64,000 nt of DNA from Octopus vulgaris. Lineage: Eukaryota. A program made the position numbers and the translations under genes. Below the pieces are notes generated by a model. The model did not search any database and was not told the origin of the DNA. It worked only from the letters and a program-made list of their open reading frames with translations. Below are positions 1-12,870 of the stretch, piece by piece (position 1 is the first letter of the stretch; the number at the start of each line of letters is the position of its first letter). The DNA is taken from contig OX597824.1 in assembly GCA_951406725.2 (NCBI GenBank), positions 13,144,001 to 13,208,000 of the forward strand, read 5' to 3'.

Positions 1-557
1 CGAGTGTCTCAGCTTCGTTATCGGCGAAATCGTCATTATATAATTGATTTCTTCAGGCTATAATGCATTTTTTATTTTCTTGTAAAGGAAATCGATAGAT
101 TTCACTCAGAAAGATGTTAGAAATAACAATCAAATTTTTGCATTCCTTTCAAGGAATATCCAATCTCTTAATGGAGAAGAGAATTTTAGCGAATTTCTAA
201 GCTTTAAATTTATTCTAAATTTTTAGAGAAAAGAGCTAAATTGTTTTTATATCTCTTTTTAGTTTTGTATAACTTTTACTTTTTTGTGATTACAGTTTTA
301 AAACTAAAGTAGCCATTTAGCTTAAATGTTAACAAGGTCTGGTGTAAAAGTTTCGAAAAATATTTTAAAAAATAGCAATTTGTTACTGAAATCATTGCGA
401 AGCTGAGCTGTTATGAGAAAAAATGTCGCCGAATTAAGAATAGCGAACGAATAGAGGATATAAGAGAAATACCTATTATTAGTGAATTGACAGACAGATT
501 TGTTCTACATGGTATTTTAATTAGCTTCGATTACAGAAGGATTTAGAAGAGAATACA

Positions 558-640
<83 letters not shown>

Positions 641-1386
641 AAAGTACATGAAACGAAAGCATATTCAAATATAAATTAAATTAATACGTAAGTGTATTTT
701 GTTTTAAACATATTTTATAGTCTTGCTGCAAAATTCTATTCTCAGTTCTTGTATTAATTGATAGCAATACTGCTCTCTGCCAACAGCCTAGGCACAGCTA
801 TTTCGAGGTTAAGTGGAATACTCTTTAACCATACGTATTGGATGCTTGGCTTTTTTATTTTTTCAGCTTTTAATGTCTGTATTGATGGTATAAATAAATT
901 CAACACTATAGGATGTGATCTTACATTTCTAAATCGTTTATTACAATAGAGTACTTTAATTTCTTAGTATAAATATTATAACAAAATGTTACAATAGTTA
1001 TGTTGACAGGGTCTGCCTTTATATTAATTTTTTGGAAAATAAGGAAGAATTTATTGCTATTGCTGGTGTTGGCAATATAAATGGACATGAAATTTTGTTC
1101 GAAGGTTTTAATTTAGGCCTCTTTAAATCAGATAATTTGTATCGTAGAACGAAGGTCAGTTTCAAGCGTGCTGGTATGAGTAAGGTTAACAGTTCTGTGT
1201 TATTCTGTAAATCGAACAGTTCTCGCCCGCAAATCTTTTGTTTCCTGGATAGCTTTTTGAGCAGTCTCTAGATAATAAGTTGTTTGGTCAACGCTAAAAA
1301 AGTCGCCCATTTACTAGAGGCAAAGAGTGTGATGGTTCCCTACTATCCGCTCAAAGTGCAGTGTAGCCGATTATGAAAGAGTGAGC

Positions 1387-1429
<43 letters not shown>

Positions 1430-1601
1430 AGGTTGGAAGGATGAAAAGTAAGATTGATCTCTTTGTTAAGGATAAGCGACTAGGTGGCAGATTCAGGACG
1501 TCGGACAAAAAAGTCATAACAGTATTTACTCCTGCTTTTTACATTCTGAGTTCACATTTCGCCGAGGTTGACTTTACATTTCATCCTTTTCCTTTCACTG
1601 G

Positions 1602-2769
1602 CTTTGCCTTTCATCCGTCCTGCAGTCGTGGGAACCGTCACACTTTCCTTTGCCTCCAACATATGGACGAGTTTGAGCGTGGGTCTATTAACCTCTTATC
1701 GAGCCCTACAGTCGAGGTTATTGGTTTACTCCTTCGCCTAAATTTGCTGGTCCAGAACCAACATTTGAATTCATCATTTTTATTAAGGATGATGGATTAG
1801 CCAAATCGCTTGATCACCGAGAAAAATGCTTTGCGATATTTATTCAGGTTATCTACATTCTGAGTTCAAAGTCTGTCGAAGTCAATACTGAATTTATCAT
1901 TCCGAGGTCGATAAAGTAATTACCAATCAAAGAGTAATTCTTTGTATGCGACTTACTTCCTGCAGAAACGTTAGCACTCCGGGCGAAATGCCTAGCGGTA
2001 TTTTGTCTGCCGCTACGTTCTGGGTTCAAATTCCGCCGAGGTCGACTTGGCTTTTCATCCTTTCGGGGTCGATTAAATAAGTAACAGTTACGCACTAGGG
2101 TCGATATAATCGACTTAATCCGTTTGTCTGTCCTTGTTTGTCCTCTCTGTGTGTAGCCCCTTGTAGGCAATAAAGAAATAAGAATCGTTGACACGCCGCT
2201 TAGTGACAGTTCATCTGTCTTTTTGCTCTGAGCTAAAATTCTGTCGAGGCCAACTTTGCATTTTCATTTTTTCGAGGTTGATGAAATAAATACCACATGA
2301 GCACAGGGTGCGATGTAATGGACTACCCTCCAGCCCTCAAATTTTCAGTTCTTGTGCCTATAGTAGAACAGGTTACTTGGAAGTCCTTAAATTATAGTGC
2401 AGTCAAATACTGGGGTTTATATAATCGAATAACTCCCTCCCACTTAATATCTTGCAATCTGCCTACAGTGGGTTATCGTCAGAATCATAAGAAGAAAAAA
2501 ATGTTTCGAGGAACTACTTCCAGTTTTTAATTTCCTCTGTTCAAATCACACTGATATCGAACCATTCATACTTCCTCAATCGATTAAATAAATGAACCAG
2601 TCAAATACTGCGCTTCATTTAACCGACTATTCCCATCTGAATTCATGAACAGGTTTTTAGCCTGGTAATTGATAAGAGGTTAATAGACCCACGCTCAAAC
2701 TCGTCCATATGTTGGAGGCAAAGGAAAGTGTGACTGTTCCCACAACTGCAGGACGGATGAAAGGCAAAG
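1602..2769. repeat. 99-bp inverted repeat pair (1602-1700 / 2671-2769)
   Basis: ctttgcctttcatccgtcctgcagtcgtggg...aacctcttatc is the reverse complement of gataagaggtt...ggatgaaaggcaaag, with 2 mismatches. Confidence 0.9.
1962..2182 (+). mobile_element. tRNA-derived SINE, family A
   Basis: gcagaaacgttagcac head, B-box-like gggttcaaattcc, core gtcgact..gcttttcatcctttcggggtcgat and tail taaagaaata; at least 10 homologous copies in the window. Confidence 0.85.
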
Positions 2770-2982
2770 TGCCAAAATTCTAAAAGAATAAGTTATTATT
2801 AGGAATATGTTAAGATCGGAAGGTTGCCAGATAAAATGATTTGTAGAATGTGATTAATATAACTTTATGTCATGTGGTCAAATATCGCCAACTTCGACTT
2901 GATCTTGCATCTCCACTTGTTGAATACAGTAATGTGCCAGTCGATATTAGAATCAATTTAACCGACTATATTTCTCTTTCGT

Positions 2983-3252
2983 GGAGGCACATGGTCTAGT
3001 TGTTAGAGCAGCGGACTTGCGGTCGAGGGATCGTGGGTGCGAATCTCAGACCGGGCGGTGTGTGTGTTTATGAGCGAAAACACCTAAGCTCCACATGGCT
3101 CCGGCAGAAGGTAATAGCGAATTTCTGCTGATTCTTTCGCTACAACTTTCTCTCACTCTTTCCTTCTGCATCTTGCAACCCACCTACGACGGACCGGCGT
3201 CCCGTCCAGGTAAGAAACCTATACGCCAAGGAAACCGGGAAACCGGCCCTAA
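2983..3252 (+). mobile_element. tRNA-derived SINE, family C
   Basis: tRNA-like head ggaggcacatggtctagttgttagagcagcggact...gcgaatctc; homologous to 34625-34918 (-). Confidence 0.75.
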
Positions 3253-3624
3253 GAGTCAATTCACCATAAGTATTCACCATAAATATTGATTTCCAATTTT
3301 GGCACAGGACCAGCAAGTTTGGGCGAGGGGTAAGATTACATCGACCCCAGTACTTAACTGAAAGATATTTTATGACTCTTACCATTATTACACATCTTCG
3401 AATTTCCTGAAACAGCTGGCGAGTTATGAAATCATGTATTTTCTTCATAGTATTTCGTATCTTTTGCGCTCCATGTAAATATACACACACGCGCACATAC
3501 ATGCACACGCGCACACACATGCAAACGCGCACACACATGCACACGCGCACACACATGCACACGCACACATACAAACACACACGTATCTATGTGTTTCTTT
3601 TCTGAATATATGTAGATAAATGTG

Positions 3625-3665
<41 letters not shown>

Positions 3666-5089
3666 GTGTCAATCCTAAATGTGCTTATCTACATTACCAC
3701 CTCTCTCGCTTTCTGCCACTACACCACGCACGCACGCACACACACACACACACACAGACACACGACGAACACCCCCACAGTTTCCGTCAACCAAATTCAT
3801 TCACAGGGTATCGGTCGGCGTTAATCGTTTATTTATAACAACTGTATCATAGTATCGCGATATACTCTGAGCTTTATTTCTTTCTCAAATCTAACAAAAT
3901 GCATTCAGAAACAGCTTAGGTCACCGTTACTTTCCAGAAATACGTATAGAAAGCCAATAAGTCCAGAAAGTTAGTGTAGTTCACATTCTTTGACAATAAT
4001 CAACAAACGCATTGCTCTTTACTCAAAATTATGTCCTACCCAATTTAGTTTGCTCTTTTACATCGGTTTTAATTCGAATTTCGCGATTCAATTCCCATCC
4101 TACATTTCAAGCAAATATACTCAGCGGAATTGTTATTATATGAGAGAGAGGTGTCGACCATATGAAGCAAACAAGCGTGAAGTTATAGGAACGCAGAATC
4201 CTATATGTCTTTGATGGCAATGAGTGAAGTTTCAATGTATGTGTTCTTTATAGGTTATAGATATTGTTAATGAAAGCGGTTTGTTTAGTGGCTTTGTAGC
4301 TTTGTAGTTTTGTACGTACATAACGCATTGAAGTCGTAGGAATTGATGACGTAATTGTTGACGAAGAGAAGCTTGTTTGATGTAAGAACTGCGAGAGGAT
4401 TATATGAAATGTGTTAATATCAAAGTATTTGAGGCGGTTAACGTTATAGATTAGTTTACGGATCAATCAGAAAAGCAGCGTGTAAGGCAAATATCGAAGA
4501 CATTAAAAATTGTAGCAATATACGGAAATACCGAAATAACTCGGAGTGGTGGTGTGGCGGGAATAGTAAAGTGCTCAATGAAATCACAATATCGTTTTTA
4601 GTTACGTGATCTCACATTGTAAGTTCAAATACCATTGGGATTAAATTTATCTTTCATCCAGTTAGTGTCAGACAAATATATATACTAATATATTAATGGT
4701 GATTTAGTCAGCAATACTGCTTCTCAATAAAATCTCTTTAAAAATATAGGATATAATTCCCTATAAATACATAGATTTTTCTCCGATGCATGTAAATTAA
4801 TCTTGTGCGAGTAAGTCTTAATTCTTTGAAATTATCTCTCTTATTCTTTGAAAGTTCCCAACAGTGTGTGTGTGTGTGCGCGCGTATGTGTATTTGTATA
4901 TGTATGTTTATATGAATGTATATGTGTATACATGTATATATGACATGAAGTTGCGTATATTGTCACTTGTAGGTTGATAGATCGTACTAAAACAAGAAAT
5001 GTGTTGTTTCGCTAATGTGTTTTAATTGTCCTCTTCTTCCTCCTCCTCCTCATCCTCCTCCTACTACTACTACTAATAATAATAATTTC

Positions 5090-5298
5090 TACTAAAGGCA
5101 CAAGGCCAGACATTTTGAGGGAGGGGCTTAGCCGGTTACATCAAACCCAATGTTTCACTGGTACTTAATTTATCCACCCCCGAATGGATGAAAGGCAAAG
5201 TCAACCTCGGCGGAATTTGAACTGTGAACCTTGAGGCGGGTGAAATGCAACAAAACATTTTTCCTGACGTGCTAACGATTCTGCCAGCTCACCGCCTT
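5090..5298 (-). mobile_element. SINE family A (diverged)
   Basis: Reverse complement of the family A core (ggatgaaaggcaaagtcaacctcggcggaatttgaact) and of the head (gctaacgattctgccagctc). Confidence 0.75.
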
Positions 5299-5317
5299 AA
5301 TGATGAGGATGATGAAT

Positions 5318-5374
5318 ATAATTATAATAATAATAATAATAATGATAATAATGATAATAATAATAATAATAATA

Positions 5375-5420
<46 letters not shown>

Positions 5421-5459
5421 TAATAATAATAATAATAATGATGATGATGATGATGATGA

Positions 5460-5522
<63 letters not shown>

Positions 5523-5536
5523 TAATAATAATAAAG

Positions 5537-5606
<70 letters not shown>

Positions 5607-5612
5607 TGATGA
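5318..5612. repeat. (TAA)n/(TGA)n microsatellite
   Basis: Direct reading; further (TAA)n tracts at ~6469-6580, 7122-7176, 7728-7832, 15953-16030, 16559-16632 and 16788-17118. Confidence 0.95.
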
Positions 5613-5618
5613 TAAATA

Positions 5619-6468
5619 CCACCTAATCTCTGGATGTAAAGGGATCACCTAATCTCTGGATGTAAAGGGACCACCTAATCTCTGGATGTAAAAGGACCAC
5701 CTAATCTCTGGATGTAAGGACCACCTAATCTCTGGATGTAAAGTCTTAGCACTAGTGGAGTATAAATGGACCACCTAATCTCTGGATGTAAAGTCTTAGC
5801 ACCAGTGGAGTATAAATTAAGACATGACAGAGTTGGCCAATATCTACACTGGCTAATAAGTCGGCATTACAATATCAAAACTGCCGACAAGTGGTATAAT
5901 CACCACCCTGAAGCTGTAACTGAAGGAGAAAATGTAACGATTCTGTGGGACTTTCCAGTACATACAGACCGAACCATCAAAGCCAATAAACCGGATATTG
6001 TTGCGAAAGACCAAAACAATAAAGTTTGCTTATTGATCGACATGAGCATCCCCTGTGATCATAATATCTCGGCGAAAGAGTTTGACAAGTTCAGAAAATA
6101 TAAAGACCTGCTCATTGAAATTGAGAAAATGTGGCATCTCAAGGCGGTTACAATACCAGTGATCGTAAGAGCACTAGGAATGATCAAGAAGGGAACCGAA
6201 AATTATATGAGAATGATCCCTGGCTTACCATCCCTGCAAGAAGTGCAAAAGATTGCCTTAACTGGTACATCACACGTATTGAGAAGAGCATTGTCGATGT
6301 GAGAAGTATTACTACCCATGTATTTTAAGTTAACTTTAAAAAAATGAACGAACTAGTGAGTTTATTTTAATGGCCTACCAATGTATACAATGAGTTTCTT
6401 TGCCCTAGGAGTCGGGAAGACACTCGGCAAGAAATGGAAGCAAATTTGAAAGAAGAGGAAAAAAAAGA
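5619..6468 (+). mobile_element. 5'-truncated R4/Dong-clade non-LTR retrotransposon (end of the CCHC motif + restriction-like endonuclease + 3' UTR)
   Basis: ORF 5766-6302 reads HLISGC...YKLRHD...ILWDFPVHTDRTIKANKPDIV...LIDMSIP...KYKDL, the RHD and PD-(D/E) motifs of a restriction-like endonuclease; flanked on both sides by (TAA)n. Confidence 0.88.
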
Positions 6469-6506
6469 TAATCATAATAATAATAATGATAATAATAATA
6501 ATAAAG

Positions 6507-6580
<74 letters not shown>

Positions 6581-6582
<2 letters not shown>

Positions 6583-7121
6583 CCAGACACTGGCTCTCGT
6601 GGCTTTTGATCTTAACTGATTGGAAGTGTTATCATGTACATTGTTTTGTCTCGGTATAAAAGATGGGCTACAGCAAATATTCTGCTCAATACCACAGATT
6701 TGCTCGTCAGTTGTTTTACCTTAACTAGTTGAGCATGTCCATTAGTGACTGACGATATGTGCATCTCTGATCACAAGCAGAAGCAGTGGGGGAGTATCAT
6801 AGCCATGTGTTGAAAGGAATTCTTAGAGGGCTGGATAAGTCACCTTTGGAAGCATGGGTGTTTGTTCAACATCCTTAAGCAATCCTTATTCAAGGACCAT
6901 TTGAGTTGGATGGGTTACTCGACCAGAAGAAAATTCTAACTGGGCCCCACCTGCAAGATCATGTGCTGTTTATCTTGATATAAGATCACCATGTCGCGCA
7001 CATTTGGTTGTGATGCATGTGTCTGGTGTACCCTTATCAGACGGGTAGTCATGATGGGTATACTGGGATTCGTATATTTTATTCCAGTGTCACTTTGATG
7101 GCATGCACTGCTCTCTCACTC
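6581..7121. mobile_element. Unclassified interspersed repeat between (TAA)n tracts
   Basis: Sharp-edged, higher-complexity ~540-bp block ending ctctctcactc-(AAT)n; no recognisable ORF. Confidence 0.4.
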
Positions 7122-7176
<55 letters not shown>

Positions 7177-7180
7177 TTTT

Positions 7181-7727
7181 CTGAGGGAGAAAATGTGTCG
7201 ATTCTATGGGACTTCCCCGTGCAGACCGACAGGACTATAAAAGCTAATAAACCGGATATTATTATAAAAGATAAGACAAAAAGGATGTGTTTATTAATTG
7301 ATATGAGTATTCCTTGCGATCACAATATAGCGACGAAAGAATTTGACAAGATTAGTAAATATAAAGACCTGCTAATAGAAATTGAAAAATGTGGTATCTC
7401 AAGGCGACTACAGTACCAGTGATTGTAGGATCTCTAGGAATGATAAAAAAAAGGTACTGAAACCTATTTGAAAATGATTCCAGGCTTACCATCCCTACAG
7501 GAGTGCAAAAAATCGTATTAACTGGAACGGCTCATGTACTGAGAAGAGCATTATCACTGTGAAAACAACATCCATTCATGAATTTATTTTTTTATTAATT
7601 TTTTAAATACATATCTTACCTGTGAATTTGCGTGTGTAATCTGGGAATGCATACAATGCCCTTCTCTGCCCCTAGGTGTACGGAAAACACTCTGCGAGAA
7701 ACGGAAGAAAATTTGAAGAAAGAAGGA
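7181..7727 (+). mobile_element. R4/Dong-clade LINE 3' fragment (frameshifted)
   Basis: SILWDFPVQTDRTIKANKPDIIIKDK...KYKDLLIEIEK is paralogous to 5766-6302; (TAA)n on both sides. Confidence 0.88.
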
Positions 7728-7786
<59 letters not shown>

Positions 7787-8366
7787 TAATAATAATAATG
7801 ATAATGATAATAATAATGATGATAATAATAATCCAAATTTCTCTACAGCCGGTTCTTATTGTTTTCCCCTACAATATTTCTTTTGCTCTACTTTCACAAT
7901 ATTAAGTTCTTATTTGATGCAACAAAAGCTCAGAAGCGGAATGAGTCTAGACTAAATGTCTAGAAGTATTTCATTCCGTCTCTTAAACTAAACACTGGAG
8001 TTCAAACTCTTTCCAGTTTCAATCTACCTTTCATCTTTCTGGAGTCTATAGAAATATTCCCTCGAGAACAAGGGGTCGTTTCTCCCAAATACTACATACC
8101 ATATATCATATCCGTCCCCCCCCCACGTCCGCCATGCGCAATCTCTTGCCTTGTAAAGAAGTATAGAAATCAATACTGTTGAGCGCATTTCGGCTTGTTT
8201 GTTTCTTCTGTAGGTAGAAATATGTAAAAACAGTAAAGTTGGTTGAATATCGATTAGACTTGGGAAAACTGAATTTATTATATCTCGTCCGAAATAAGTG
8301 CTTCAGACTTCAGTCAGTTATTTGATAAGCACACACACACACACACATATACATGCATACATAGAT

Positions 8367-8480
<114 letters not shown>

Positions 8481-8782
8481 ATATATATATGTATATATGT
8501 ATATTTATATATGTAAGTATATCAGTATGTATGAATGTATGGAGACATCAATATTATATGCATTTATTTTGTATACATTGTATATAATTACACTGTACTT
8601 ATGCATCTGTGTATGCGCATATGTTGGCACATATGCATATGTATATCTAACAACCTGTCTCTCAATCTATCAATCTGTCTCACTTCCCATACGCACATGT
8701 ACATGCCTAAGTATTTTTATAAATATATACGTTATATATCGAAAATATATACATTTACACGTGTATAGACATACATACATTC

Positions 8783-8870
<88 letters not shown>

Positions 8871-9633
8871 ATATATAAATATATGCATATATACATACAT
8901 ATGTATATATGTATATATTTATATATTATTTATATTATTATATGATCGAACGCCACGCATCCTTTTCCAAGTAAGTTTTATTTATCTATCTACCTATATA
9001 TATATATGTGTGTTTGTGTGTGTGTGATTGTGTGTGTGTGTGTGTGTGCCTGTGTGTGCCTGTGTGTGTGTGTGCCTGTGGATATCTATATACACACGTA
9101 TGTGTACACATACAGATACACGCATATATATATGTGTATCAGTGTATATGTGTGTGCGTGTGTGTGTGAGTGTAACTGGAAAATTTCAAGAAAGGAGGGC
9201 GGACAAATTTATTGAACTCAGAATTTATAAAGATAGCTTTTTTTCTTATTTTTGTGTTGGCAGTGGAGGAGACGGAACGTTCCTCAGAAACAACGGTTGA
9301 GAAGGTTTATCCTAGCTATGTTATATGTCTGTAGGTGACGCATGGGTTGAAACCTTGAATGTCTGGCTATTTTGGGATGCCCTGAGATAGAAGAGTTACA
9401 CTTTAGGTGCAAAAATACGGTATGATGCTATATGTAGTGTGCTGTTCAGAGGAAGAGACATAGAACAACGAATTATAATATGTATATATACATACATACA
9501 TATATACATACATACTCTGAGAAGAGAAACAACGCGTGCGTTCGGTCATATAATTACAATATAATAAATAAATAAAATATATGCATATATACATACATAT
9601 ATGTACATACTTGCATCTATATGTACATATACA

Positions 9634-9675
<42 letters not shown>

Positions 9676-9759
9676 ATAATAATATTAGGGAATAAATCCA
9701 AACTTACAGGGAAAAATCAGATTTAGGATTGAATCCAATTTTAAAGTAAAATATTATAT

Positions 9760-9998
9760 TATATTAAATTAGAGATAAAACCACTATTAGGCAAATCAAA
9801 CAATGAAAAACTTAAGCCAATACATAAAATTAATTAATTTATATTATTTTAAATATAAATCAAAAGTATTAAAAGTTTATCTTTTATTAAACTTTTAATA
9901 CTTTTGATTTATATTTAAAATGATATAAATAAATTAATTTTATGTATCGGCTTAAGTTTTTCATTGTTTGATTTGCCTAATAGTGGTTTTATCTCTAA

Positions 9999-10007
<9 letters not shown>
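9760..10007. repeat. Long AT-rich palindrome (~120-bp arms, ~10-nt spacer)
   Basis: atattaaattagagataaaaccactattaggcaaatc...aaaagttt / aaactttt...gatttgcctaatagtggttttatctctaatttaatat. Confidence 0.9.
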
Positions 10008-10033
<26 letters not shown>

Positions 10034-10034
10034 T

Positions 10035-10650
10035 ACAGGACACCACAAATATACGTAGAACACAACGAGAAACGAAAACATAAAATCAAACAAGGAAACG
10101 GACTTTTTTTAACAACGAAAAAACAGAGTACAAGACAAACAATACAAGGAAAATTCCCCTTCATCAGCTGCCCCTGGTTCGACTCAATGCGTGTTTCGAA
10201 GGTAAGGGCAGAACACGCTACCAGGCCGAAGCAATCCTTCCTGCAAAAGGAATTAAATAAAATTCTTTTGCAGAGGGTTAAAACAAGTGACAAGAACAGG
10301 ACGTAAAAGCAATACAAATGAAGAAAAAAACAGTAGAAAAAACAGTACAAATAAAGAATAACAGGACAGAGAACCAACAATAAGGGCTTTTTTAGTCCTA
10401 GACGGTGGAAAAATTAGTTAGAACGCATGTCAAATTCCTTTTGCAGGAAGGACTGCTTCGGCCTGGCCGTGTTCTGCCCTTACCTTCGAAACGCGCATTG
10501 AGTCGAACCAGGGGCAGCTGATGAAGGGGAATTTTCCTTGTAATGTTTGTCCTGTACTCTGTTTTTTCGTTGTTAAAAAAGTCCGTATCCTTGTTAGATT
10601 TTATGTTTTCGTTTCTCGTTGTGTTCTACGTTTATTTCTGGTGTCCTGTA
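10035..10650. repeat. ~220-bp inverted repeat (10035-10254 / 10433-10650), probably retroelement-derived, within (TA)n
   Basis: tacaggacacc...gcaaaaggaatt is the reverse complement of aattccttttgc...ggtgtcctgta with scattered mismatches; the ORF track shows the same peptide start (MKGNFPC) on both strands. Confidence 0.88.
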
Positions 10651-10747
10651 CTCACATATATATATATTCATGTATATATACATATAGATGCAAGTATGTA
10701 CATATATGTATGTATATATGCTTATATTTTATTTATTTATTATATTG

Positions 10748-10790
<43 letters not shown>

Positions 10791-11438
10791 TATGTGTATG
10801 TATGTATGTATTTATGTATGTATGCAATTATATATGTAAACATGTGTGCGTGTTTGTATGAGGGTATGTGTGTGTGTTTGTGCAAACATATATGTATACG
10901 TATGCATACACAGACGCACACGCGCGCGCACACATATATACATATAAAGTGAAGGGAAATGAGAGTAGAGATATGCGAAAGAGAATGTGAGTGGAAGATT
11001 TTTCAGTTGTTGCTATTTAGAATCCCAACAATTCCATTTTATTCAAAAGAGAATTCAATAGAACATTGTTTATGTTTCAGGCCCTTTCTCTTGGGTCACC
11101 CTTTCTTAACAAAAAAAAAACGTGGAATTTGAAACAGAGCTACGCTATGCAAACTGCTCTTATATGCCAACCTCATGTGAATTTAAACCCATAACACCCA
11201 TCTAACAGCACAGTTGTAAAAATAATACAGCAATCTCACGTCTTAGATCAGTAACCTGGTCTTAACATTTAGTAAATACTAGTTGACCATGTGCCGTCAA
11301 TAATGACGGCGAATTGCAGTAATTGTTTATAAATAAATGAGGTACAAAGGTACAAAATAGGGTACATAATAATCACACATACAAACATTCACATACTTCC
11401 CTTGTACACGCACACACATACATACATACGTACGTACA

Positions 11439-11470
<32 letters not shown>

Positions 11471-11775
11471 CTCATACAGAGTTGAAACGCTGATTTTTTT
11501 TTCACACATTCCTTCCTTATTCATCTCTCACCTCTTCCTTTCTTTCATTGCTATTTTCTCTCCTCCTCCGTGTCCGGCGTGATTCTGGATACACACACAC
11601 ACACACACAAAAATATATAAAAACACTACTGCGCGCATGGATTGGTTTTCTATTGTTTTGAAACTATATGGATCAATTGATGAAAATATATATATATATA
11701 TATATATAAAGAAATATATATATATATATAAATATATAATATGTATGTATGCGTGCATATGTATATCCATACATA

Positions 11776-11826
<51 letters not shown>

Positions 11827-12299
11827 TGGTAAATTCTTCTACGGAAGTTAATATAAATCAACAAATAATTCTTGAATTCTTGGCTACAGCGTACTATTTA
11901 CGGTTCGGTCGAAGCAATCACTACATAGTTTTATCCAATGTTACATCTTAGTAATATGACAGTCGCACGACACATAATATTCGAACCCAAACAAATGTAT
12001 CCGTTTCAAAAACAGCTAAGCAACACGAACGGGATTCGCTCGAATATTGCCGACGTCATCAAAACAGGAAACATTCATGTTTGCTGTGGAACAGGATTTT
12101 TTTCTTTGGCGTGTTTTCTTCTGATAGGATCATCAAACAATACATTTAGCTCATTTTAGCCACTAGAGCAGAAAGCAGAGAAACAACTCCGAGTACAGAT
12201 TCTGTGAAACGGTAGCAGTACACGACGATGACGACAGCGGTGGTGATACAGCCTAAACCAGGTAGCTTCAGGAAACATACGGTGGACACTACTCGTATA

Positions 12300-12718
12300 C
12301 CTATTTCTTTACTACCCACAAGGGGCTAAACACAGAAGAGACAAACAAGAACAGACAAACGGATTAAGTCGATTACATCGACTCCAGTGTGTAAATGTTA
12401 CTTAATTTATTGACCCCGAAAGGATGAAAGGCAAAATCGACCTCGGCAGAATTTGAACTCAGAACGTAACGACAGACGAAATACGTATTTCTTTATTACC
12501 CACAAGGTGCTAAACACAGAGGGGACAAACAAGGACAGGCATAGGTATTAAGTCGTTTACATCGACCCCAGTGCGTAACTGGTACTTAATTTATCGACCC
12601 CGAAAGGATGAAAGGCAAAGTTGACCTCGGCGGAATTTGAACTCACAACGTAACGACAGACGAAATACCACTAAGCATTTTGCCCGGCGTGCTAACGTTT
12701 CTGCTAGCTCGCCACCTT
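12300..12718 (-). mobile_element. SINE family A with internal tandem duplication; 12-bp TSD actactcgtata
   Basis: Two core/tail units; TSD at 12288-12299 and 12719-12730. Confidence 0.88.
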
Positions 12719-12870
12719 ACTACTCGTATATCTGAGCCAAAAACGTCTCATACAAACTTTGAACTATTCAGTTTGTTGCATATAACTGTTCTTAGAAACG
12801 ACATCTCATGTTTTATTATTAAATAAATAAATTATTAAATAAAGAAAAATTAAATAAATTATTAAATAAA

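Noticed and set aside
700-1310. Possible decayed minus-strand ORF (MGDFFSVDQ..., YVWLKSIPLNLE) resembling LINE ORF1
   Set aside because: Many stops and no diagnostic motif I can identify with confidence
5619-5790. CRISPR-like short direct repeats
   Set aside because: No unique spacers, the repeat is LINE coding sequence, and the context is eukaryotic
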